Positions 41,681 to 50,600 of a DNA stretch of 64,000 nt are shown here, piece by piece (within the stretch, counting starts at the first letter, position 1; each line of letters begins with the position of its first letter). Below the pieces are notes generated by a model. The model saw only the letters and a list, made by a program, of their open reading frames with translations. It was not told where the DNA came from and made no database searches. The position numbers were made by a program, and so were the translations under genes. This DNA comes from Clostridia bacterium (GTDB lineage Bacteria > Bacillota > Clostridia > UMGS1883 > UMGS1540): assembly GCA_045533905.1 (NCBI GenBank), contig JAZSIR010000008.1, forward strand, positions 55,623 through 119,622. The letters run 5' to 3'.

Positions 41681-42352
41681 TTATGCTTCGTCAAAGCTTA
41701 TCGGGCTCATTACGAAAAACACTTTGTTTCCCACAGAGCCGGAAACCTTTTCGTCTGCAGAGGTGCAGATATTCCAGCGAAGATCTGCCGCTGCATTGAG
41801 CTTTGCAAGGAAAGCTGCAGCTTCGCCTGCGCTTGCAAGTTCAAACACATAGCCAACGAAGGGAATTGTGCCAATCATCGGTGCAAACATTGCGCCCGAG
41901 GTAAAGCCTGTGATTTCCGTATTGCCAAAGCCTGTAAGAAAACCGGGTTCAACAGGCATTGCGCCGCCCATAAACTGGATAACAGGGTTTGCAACCAGCA
42001 TTTCTGCAAGACCTAAAGCGTCCTTATTTGCAGCATTTGCCCGGAACTCCTCCAAGAGAATGTTTCCTACCGTCTTCGGTGCCGCCGGTGCTTCTGTCGG
42101 TGCCGCAGTCGCTACAGGTGCTTCTGTTTTTTCTGCAGCAGGTGTTTTTTCCGGTTTCGCGCTTTCAGCCGGTTTTGTAACATTGCCTGCGCCTTCTGTG
42201 TCCGGAAGAAGCGTGCCGTCCGGATTTACCGTGGATTCCTCCTGCGGCGTCGGCGACGGTGTGCTCGTTACCGGTTCACTCGGTGCCTTGCCGCAAGCGG
42301 CGAGGGCAAATACAATGGTAAGTGCCATTAAAACAGCAAATATTTTCTTCAT
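41681..42352 (-). CDS. Lipoprotein with Pro/Thr/Ala-rich linker
   Basis: Lipobox LAAC after a signal peptide; TTGACA-N17-TATAGT promoter at 42389-42417. Confidence 0.85.
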   Translation of the reverse strand: MKKIFAVLMALTIVFALAACGKAPSEPVTSTPSPTPQEESTVNPDGTLLPDTEGAGNVTKPAESAKPEKTPAAEKTEAPVATAAPTEAPAAPKTVGNILLEEFRANAANKDALGLAEMLVANPVIQFMGGAMPVEPGFLTGFGNTEITGFTSGAMFAPMIGTIPFVGYVFELASAGEAAAFLAKLNAAADLRWNICTSADEKVSGSVGNKVFFVMSPISFDEA

Positions 42353-42625
42353 TACAGTTTCTCCTTTTCATAGGTGGATTATGTGTTTACTATACCACAA
42401 ATTTGTCCGCTTGTCAAGGGAGATGCCCCCGAAAAACTTTGGTATAAGAATTTGGCACGCACAGATAAAAACGCAATATTTTTCGGGGATTTTTCGGGGC
42501 GCCAAGCAGAAATGCTATCGCAAAAAGTCAGAAGTGAACGCGAGTGGTTGTGTGCACATTCATACGCGCACAAGCGCCGCAAAGCGCGAATTTTTGCGAA
42601 AAAGGAGCCGGGCGTAGCATATGAG

Positions 42626-42795
42626 AAATGACCACTCAAAAGAGTGGTCATTTTGATTGCAGCGTAGTTTGCTCCCGAAGAATTACGGGGGCCCCGAAAA
42701 GCCGTAGGCTTTTTGGGGAGAAGGAGGGGCAAGGAAGCAGGCGAACGTTTTTTCTTGCAAAAGAAAAACGGAGCAAAGCGAACTTTGCTCCGACG
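42626..42795. repeat. Cluster of palindromes (REP-like element plus terminator) downstream of the tRNA-like 3' end
   Basis: Hairpins at 42626-42653, 42692-42718 and 42769-42792. Confidence 0.65.
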
Positions 42796-42825
42796 TGGTG
42801 GAAGCGGCGGGAGTTTTAGCCCGCC
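42796..42825 (-). mobile_element. Putative prophage att junction: isolated tmRNA/tRNA-like 3' end
   Basis: Minus strand GGCGGG-CTAAAACT-CCCGCCGCTTCCACCA: T-stem, acceptor 3' strand and ACCA, with no 5' half and an altered T-loop. Confidence 0.7.
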
Positions 42826-43000
42826 AAAACGCGCAATCATTCCCACACGGTCTGCACGCAAAAAACGCGAAAAAACGGCATTTCTCTGCCTTTCTATTCA
42901 CGCGCGCACAAGCCGAATTTTTCCGTTTTAAAATTTTTCGGGGATTTTTCGGGGATTTTCCCATTATTTGTCACCCCTCTTTGGAAAGGGGGTGCAACAA

Positions 43001-43459
43001 ATGACCTACACGCAAGTTTACCAAAAGCACTACTTCTATGTCCTGAAAATTTGCAGAAGCATTTTGAAGGACCGGGCAAGTTCTGAAGACGCTACGCAGG
43101 AAACTTTCTACAAGCTTCTGCGCCATTGGGATGTCCTCGAGGAGAAAGACGACCTCTCCGCCTGGCTTCGCACGACGGCCACAAACACCTGTATCGACAT
43201 TATCCGAAAGAGAAGCCGCGAGCTCCCCTTCGAGGAAATTCGTCCGACCGAACTTCCCGAAGAGGATCCCGGCAAACTCCTCCTGGAAGAGGCGAAAGAC
43301 ATCGTTTTAACACTTGCCCCCAAGTATCAAGAAATTTTCCACCTATCCTTCATTTGCGGATACACCGGCCAACAAATCGCCGACCGGCTCTGTATCCCTC
43401 TTGGTACGGTCAAAAGCCGCGTCCGCGTCTGTATTCAAAAGATACAGGCTGCGCTTTGA
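43001..43459 (+). CDS. ECF-type RNA polymerase sigma factor
   Basis: Region 2 SEDATQETFYK...AWLRTTATNTCIDIIRK; region 4 QQIADRLCIPLGTVKSRV. Confidence 0.9.
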   Translation: MTYTQVYQKHYFYVLKICRSILKDRASSEDATQETFYKLLRHWDVLEEKDDLSAWLRTTATNTCIDIIRKRSRELPFEEIRPTELPEEDPGKLLLEEAKDIVLTLAPKYQEIFHLSFICGYTGQQIADRLCIPLGTVKSRVRVCIQKIQAAL

Positions 43460-43714
43460 ACGCCAGCGCTCGCTGATGTAGTTATCCACTACATCGTCAA
43501 GGGCAATCGGTGTAATGGTGTGGCCGGCAAGCTTTAAAAGGAGCTTATATGCCTTTTCTACAGAATCCGGGATAAAGCGCACGGCCGTTTCCGCACTGCG
43601 TGTGTCCCGGATTTCAATTCCGCATAAACCTCCCTTCAGCACGAGATAATACTCCAAGCACATTTCTGTGGTTGGCGTTTTCTCGTGCACAGCTTTGATT
43701 TTGATTTTTTGCAT
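43343..43714 (-). CDS. Small conserved Clostridia protein (DUF6514-like)
   Basis: AAAGGAGG RBS; YYL..GIEI...LLKLAGHTITPIALDDVV pattern; C-terminal tail overlaps the sigma gene. Confidence 0.65.
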   Translation of the reverse strand: MQKIKIKAVHEKTPTTEMCLEYYLVLKGGLCGIEIRDTRSAETAVRFIPDSVEKAYKLLLKLAGHTITPIALDDVVDNYISERWRSKRSLYLLNTDADAAFDRTKRDTEPVGDLLAGVSANEG

Positions 43715-43905
43715 TTGTAAACCTCCTTTCGCAGAAAAGCACGCCAAAAGTTAATAAAAGGATTTAAGATACACAAAAATATTAACTTTATTTCGAATTT
43801 TTGCTGTTTAACTCATCTTTTTCGAGTTGTAATTCATAATATACGCTTCTTTTTATGAATTACAAATTGAAAGACGGAGCATCACGCTCCGCCTTTCTTC
43901 TTTTT

Positions 43906-44055
43906 CTATTTCTTGTCAAATTTCCCACGGATCGTATCAGCCAGCATCTCAACCAGCTTTTCGAGCGCTGTCACCTTGCGTGCAAGCGGCCAGGTGATAA
44001 TCGCCGCCGTCGTCGCGCTTACCAGCAGGACCAAAAACCATAAAAACGGTTGCAC
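43906..44055 (-). CDS. Small single-TM protein (49 aa)
   Basis: GGAGGGAG RBS then GTG; hydrophobic N-terminus; hairpin CGGAGC...GCTCCG at about 43875-43891 downstream. Confidence 0.6.
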   Translation of the reverse strand: MQPFLWFLVLLVSATTAAIITWPLARKVTALEKLVEMLADTIRGKFDKK

Positions 44056-44191
44056 ATTTCTCCCTCCTTTCTTTTCTTTCGTTGCATACTCACACACCTC
44101 TCCTCACGTCATCACGTCTGTCAATACTGAAAGGTTTGTTTTCTTGAAAATTTTTTCAAAAAGAAAAAGCAGGGCAATCCGCCCCGCCATT

Positions 44192-44467
44192 TCAAAGCCT
44201 CAAAAATTCCCGATATAGCCCTTCTCTCTCCCCGGCCGTTCTGTTTTCTTCTAAGTACGCGCGGATTCTTTCGATAACTGCCGGCACGTCCTCATCCTCC
44301 GCATATCGTTCCGGATGCTGCAGTCTGCTTTTTAAGCAGTCCAGCTGCCACTTGTAGTCTGACACGAGCGGCACATCCACCACCGGAAACGTACCAACGC
44401 CCACCACCTTCTCCGCGCCAATGACCGCATACTCTCTTTCTCCTATTTTGTAGGTTTTCTTTTGCAT
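44192..44467 (-). CDS. Hypothetical protein (91 aa)
   Basis: AAGGGG RBS, protein-like composition. Confidence 0.7.
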   Translation of the reverse strand: MQKKTYKIGEREYAVIGAEKVVGVGTFPVVDVPLVSDYKWQLDCLKSRLQHPERYAEDEDVPAVIERIRAYLEENRTAGEREGLYREFLRL

Positions 44468-44598
44468 ATTCTACCCCCTTTCTTCCATGTACACGAAATG
44501 CACCCTGCTTACCTCTTGCCCGAAGTACAGGGTGTGTTTTCTTTCCCCCTTTCTTTCTTAAATACACGCGCACAATTTTAAAAAGGTTGCATTTACGC

Positions 44599-44626
44599 AA
44601 AAAGCGGAGCCGAAGCTCCGCTTTTT
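44599..44626. terminator. Intrinsic terminator of the phage late operon
   Basis: AAAAAGCGGAGC-CGAA-GCTCCGCTTTTT directly after the stop codon of the giant ORF. Confidence 0.88.
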
Positions 44627-47600
44627 CTATTCTGCATGTAGCGCATCGTATATTTCCGTACCTATTTCCACATCGTACGGATTGTTTTTCGGCTTCCACG
44701 ACTTATCCGCCAGCTGCCAAAGAACCGCCTTCTGCTTCTTCGTCAGATTCCGGTTTACCCCATCTGCCGTCGGAAGCATATAGCCGCCATGGCCCATAGC
44801 GTCAAGCGCCGCCTGCACCTCAGGCTGCTTGTAACTTCCGTTCTCATCCGCATCATATTTGGGTAATGTTTCGAGATACGCAAAGTACGTCCCCGGCGCA
44901 ACGCCATACGTATTTCCCATCGTAAGCTTCTCATATGCCCCTTCTTCCATCATCGTGGCAAGTGCCGCCATCGTTTCCGCCTCCGGAAGCTTCGCCGCCA
45001 CCACCGTCTTGTATCTCTGCATTCGGCTCACCGTTTCTTCCCCCTCTTCCGGGGTAAGTTTTTCAAGGTCAATCGAGAGGCGTATTGCATTTTCGCTCGT
45101 AAGCCCTGCATCCGTAAACTCTCTGTAGCTTGAAATCACCGTGCCGCCGGCTTCCTGCACGGTGGCAAACGCTTCTTTTCCGGACATACCCGCCGCCGTC
45201 AATTCTTTATAAAGCTCGGTTTCTTTTGCAGAAAGACTCTTGAACCCACTCCGCACCCAGTTTCGAGCCGTCGGGAGCGTCGTCTTGCCGAACAGCATCG
45301 CGCGGCCGCCGTTTAGTGCCGTCTCCCACCATTCTCCGTCGTTGTAAACCGGATACTGCAGAATTTCGTTTCCGTCTGCATCTACCGTGTAGCTGCCGCC
45401 GCGAATCATCGCATCCGCCCCTTCGGCGATTTTCTTGATTTGTCCGCCTGCAGGAAGCATGTAAAGGAGTGGCTTCGAAAGTTCTTTTGCGAGCGTCTGC
45501 CTCTTTTTCTTCCCGTCCCACTTCTCATATAGGAGTGCCTTCCCCATATTAGATACACTTGGTAACGCGCTGCTTATCGGTACACGGCCACCACCGAACA
45601 GGACACCGCCCACAAACGGCAGCTCCTCCCCTATGTTCTTCACAAGGTTGGACGCGCCCTTCCAAAGACTTGGGTTTTCCTCGCGTAAATCTGTCTCCCC
45701 GTCCACAAGATCAGAAAGTGCTGGCAAACGGTACCCCGTAAAATCTCCGGACGCTTCGTTCAAAAGACTCAAAAGGTCCATCGCAGGTCTCCTTCCAAAC
45801 AGAAGCTCGTACAGCTCATCGAAAATCCACGCCCCGAGGAACAGTTTCAAAAGCGCCACCGCAAGCGCCGCTATCCCTCTTTCCCGCATTGCACGCGGCA
45901 TATCCTTGAAAAGGTATCGGTATTGGTTGTTTACCTCAAGCTGGAACTGTGTGAATAACTTCTGCAAGGGATTTGTAGCGTTGAACGCCGTCGGCATTTC
46001 GCCGCGGCTTCGTCCCGCCATCACGCCTCGCGCAAAAGCATCGGCATCCTCCATAGCCGCCGCCTCGCTCATACCTGCGTCGATATTCTGCAGATATTTC
46101 GCGCGCACAATCGAATCCGCCGTAAATGCGTCGATGTATTCCATGCCGCCCGAAAGCTTGTCCACAGCCTTCTGGTATCCGCGCCACGCTTTCCCTATGG
46201 GGTTCTTTTTCTCCGGTCCCTGTTCCCACATCTTCACGAGCGGGTCAGACCCTCTTCTGCTTGTAAGGAATGCGCTCTGCGAAACAAAGTCGTCCGTATG
46301 GTCGAAGTACGCCCTCGCTGTCTCTCCCATACCGCGCAGGAGGTACTTCGAGTCTACAAGGCCCCACGCCTGCGTAAGCGGTATGAAGTTTGTGAGCCAG
46401 GACGGGATGTTGAGCGACACCATCGCTCCGCTCACATTGCTGTTTACGCGCTGCATAATGTTATACATTTTCCGCCCTAAGGTGTACTCCATATCTCTGT
46501 CCTGTCGGCTCTTCTTGTTTGCAAGGAGATTGGTATATTCTTCGAGTTCCACCACGAAATTCGAAAGCGCAAACTTTGCATCCTCGTAGAGCTTCGCAAT
46601 AAGCGTATCCTTTTCGTCTCGCGGCAGATCCTCGCGTTCTTCGATTCTGTCCACCTGCTTCTGCACGCCCTCGTCAGATGCCGCGTATCGGATTTCCTTT
46701 GCAAGCGCGCGAAGCTTCTGTATGTTGTCCGTCTGGTAAATGACGCCCGAAACGCCCTCGATGTACTTATCAAAGCCTTCCACCGCATCATACACCGTGT
46801 TGAACCCGAGACGTTCCTTCGCATTCCCGAACCACTGAATCCCCGGGCGGAATAAATGTGTCATGCCGTTAATGGTAGTCGGCAGTGCCGAAACTGAAGT
46901 ATCAATCCCGAGTGCCCTGCCAAACTGTGCAAGAACGCCCTCTTGCCCCGGCTGAAAATGCGGGAAATACCCTCGTCTGTAATTTACAGGTTCGTACCCG
47001 TTCCTCACGCGCACCGCATTCATTTTTTCAAATAATGTGTCGTAGATTTCGCGGAACGTCTTCACCGCCTCGCGGATCTTCCCTTCGTCAAGGTTCGGGT
47101 TTTCCGCCCAAAGCTTTTTCACATTCCCTTCCCATTCGGAAAGTGTTTGCCCGTCGCGCTTCGCGTCCTTCGGCATTACCCGTAAAACCGTGATATTATC
47201 CTCCGCTTCGCCGAGGAGCTGCACCGCATGCGCTTCGGAAACAAGGTTACCGCTCGCCACCTTTCTCGAAAGCCCGAGCGCGCGTACCTTCTCGCGCATT
47301 TCCTCTTTAAGCTTCACAGCCTCCGCGTTCCCTTTATATACGGGATTCAGATATTTTGCGATAAGCGCCGCCGCATCCTCGCCCATTACGTCCCTGAAGT
47401 TTCTCTCCATCGTTTCTATGGAGTAGCGCAGACCTGCGAGAAACTTCTTGTCTTTCCAATTTTCCATACCGCCAAGGTATTCGCGCGCCTCTGCCGCAAG
47501 CCCTTCCTTGCGTCTTCGGTTCCAGTCGCGGATGCGCTTTGCATACTGCTCGTATTCTTTTTTCGCGTTGTAAACGGCCAGAATGTCTTTCACGTTGTCC

Positions 47601-50600
47601 GTTTCCGTGTTCAAAGACATGGGGTTTATCTCGCCGCGAAGAAGCTGCCCCACGCGCACCGTATCCTCATCGGTCAAAAGCGCCTTGCGCGTCACCTTGT
47701 CAAGGTTTCGCCGCGTCGCCTTGAGGTTCTTGTACGCCTCCTGCACTTCTTCCTTTGTCTCGATGCGTGCCTTCTTTTCTTCTTCCTTTTTCTCTGTCTT
47801 GCGGCCCTGCTCGTCAGAATACCGCTTCACACGCTTGAAATCCACCGCTGCAGAATTCAGCGCCGCATGGAATTCATCCTTTGCCGCCTCTTTGAACACT
47901 TCCGCATCTTCACCATGCGCTTCATCCAGCGTCTGTTCTGTTTTCCGTATGCCGTCTGCAATTTCAAGCATATGCATAAGCTGGTCTGCAGGATGTGTAA
48001 TCTCTACCGGGAAAAGCTCCGGTGCCATTTCCTCAAGCTCCATATACGCCGAGTCCACAGGGAGTCCCCCTTCGTTTACAAGGCGAAGCTTTCCAAAGGC
48101 ACGCTTTCGAAAATCTCCAAAATCCGCAATGCTCGTGCGGTCTTCTTCGGAGATGGTCAGCTGCGTACTGCGGAGGTAGTCGCGGATGTATTTGTATTGT
48201 TTATAGTAATCTTCGTTTACTATAAGCCCCTCTCTCCACGCTGCCTCAAAAAGCTCGTCCGCCTTCGTGCGGTCAATCGCGCCGCGGTCGAGATAATCTT
48301 TCGAAATATCTCGAACAATGCTCTGCAAGGTTTCCCTTTGCGCCTTGCCCGGCACACTTAAAATTTCACCAATGCGCCCAAGCAGATGGCTTTCCGCCTG
48401 CCGAAGCGCCGCTTCTGCTTTCACAGGGAGCTTGTCCTTGGCCATCTCCTCGGCACCTGCTGCAGAGTAGCTTACCTTTATTTTTCCTTCAGCTTCTGAA
48501 GTTTTTTCACCACTTCTTCCTCCGTGTCCGTGGTAGCCACTATTTTTAACGCTTCCAGCGCCAGTTCTTTGCTGATTTGGTCGAAACTCGTAAGCAGACG
48601 AATGGTATCGTCTGAATAGCTCTCCAGCCTCCTGCTGAATGCCTCTCCGCTCACCCTCATAAATTCTCCTCCTTACGTCATCAAGACTTGTTTCGTCATA
48701 TTCGTCTATCTTTATCACGCTTGTGATAACAGGGTTCTCGATAGTGCCTTTTGCAAATACAAGGACGTTATTAACGCCCTCCTGCGATGCATCGTATATA
48801 TTGCTGACGGGTATAATATATTCCCCCGCTTTGGATTTGGGAAATTCCGCCATGCCGCTTACCGCGTCTGCAAATTTGGAACGATAGTCTGTATTTTGCC
48901 CTGCTGTAAGAATATTGTTTGCCCTGGCCCAGCCGTAATCTCTATATTCCTGTTCAGTATAACGCGGCACCGCGGCGTCCTTTTCTCCAAGGTCTGCCTG
49001 CTCTAAACTCTCGGCATTGCCGCCGGCATCCGCACTTTCAGTATACTCCGAAACTTTGTAACTGTCAATAAACTGTTCGTCGCCTTTCCAAAAAGCCTTC
49101 TGCAGCTCCGCAAAAGCGTGGAGGTAATCATAGTCCATATTGGAAAGCACATTTGCCACAAACTCTTCTATAAGAGCCTCCTCGTTGTCTTCGACGATTC
49201 CATTATAATCCGTTGCTAATTTTTCAAGAACCTGCTTTCTTTCCGAAGCTGAAAGGCTGTTTGTTATAATATTTTTGACCTTTTGAACAAGACGAGTGTT
49301 GTATTGGTCATGGATTCTTTCATGGTCATTGATTTGTTCCGGCGTAAACCATTCATTGTCATACTGCACAAGGACAGTTTTTCTTCCATCTTTTCGAACA
49401 TACACACCCCGTGCCATTTTATGGTTGCCCTTACTGTCTTTCTTCGATAGGATTCTTGCCTTTCCGGTTATGAAAATTGTTTCGTCAATACCATTTCGCA
49501 GGTTTTCTGCTTCTATTTTCCGCATACGCGGCGTGTACTGTTCTTTCGGAATAACCTCGCACGCAGTATCGTATACTACTTTTTCCTCGGTAAGCCCAGA
49601 AGCTCTGAGAGTTTCGCAATACTTTCTTCGCTCACGACCGGCTTCTCGCCCCTCTCGATAGCGGCTTGTCCTTCCATCCATTTTTCTAACTGGCTTGCCG
49701 GAACTCGCACTGTGCGTCCGCTCGCCGCTTCCATCTGATAATACACTTCTTCCTTCATTGTTTGTGCTCCCTTCGATAGTTCTAAGTGAATGATTCTCCT
49801 CATTAGAAAACCGGACATAAGGACCAATTTTCCCGTTTTTTCTTGCAATTCCGTAATGACTTAGTACAGACTGTGGCAAAATTTCCGAAAACTTTTCCTT
49901 GACAATATCCAGCAACTTCTTTATACTTATAGTAGCAGGAGCTGATGTGGAATTGGCAGTTTTGCCATCCCCCACCGTTGCCTTATTGGCAAAAGTTCCT
50001 GCTATTTTTTTTGCGTTGCCTGAAGACAAAACACCATACTCTTTTAATTCGTGCTTTCCATCTTGTCTAATGTTAACAATGAAATATGCTGGATAACTTG
50101 CTGAATCTGATTCTCCGTACCCAAGTAAAACGTATGTCCGTACGGCGCCGGCCTCCCTTGGTCTAAGTTCATTTACATAAATTGCATTTTCAATATACTC
50201 ACCAATTTTTGTGTCCACGATGGCGTTGTCCTGATATCTTCGCACTAATCCATGATTGATTCCCTCTGTGCCCACGATAATTTCTGTGTCTGTGTCCTTG
50301 TTATGCACAAAAAAAGTATTGCCATCATTGTGCTCATTTAGCCTGCTTTTCACATTTTCTTTTGCTAACGCTCGAGCTTCTGCCCTGCTAAGAATTTGTG
50401 AATCATCCACGTCTGTAATTGCCATGTCCTTCTTATTGATAAGCGAATCGTAGTCAATTGGATGTAGTGGGTCCTCGCTTAATGCATTTCCGCTGGATAT
50501 GTTAATGGGTTCTTCATCTTGGCCGGAAATTGAATACTTTCGCCCATCGTCATACAGCATGCTTTCTCCCGCCATGCTCGCTTCCGCTTCAAGGATGTCC

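Larger units (their letters stand above)
42478..42954. repeat. Direct repeats flanking the putative att core
   Basis: (ATTTTTCGGGG)x2 exact at 42478-42499 and 42933-42954; ATTCAnnCGCGCACAAGC at 42558-42575 and 42896-42913. Confidence 0.8.

Noticed and set aside
42796-42870. Complete tRNA or tmRNA gene
   Set aside because: Only the 3' 20-30 nt are present; there is no matching 5' acceptor strand or D and anticodon arms.
42374-43079. Several overlapping ORFs in the att region
   Set aside because: They run through palindromes and repeats, lack RBSs and have unnatural composition.
49242-49270. TATAAT on the plus strand inside the peptidase domain (also at 48812)
   Set aside because: No -35 at 16-18 bp and no terminated hairpin downstream, so not counted as further antisense units.
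49942-49995. CTGATG after a stem in sRNA A suggested a hammerhead ribozyme
   Set aside because: The core reads CUGAUGU, not CUGANGA, and the GAAA and NUH elements are missing at the required junctions.
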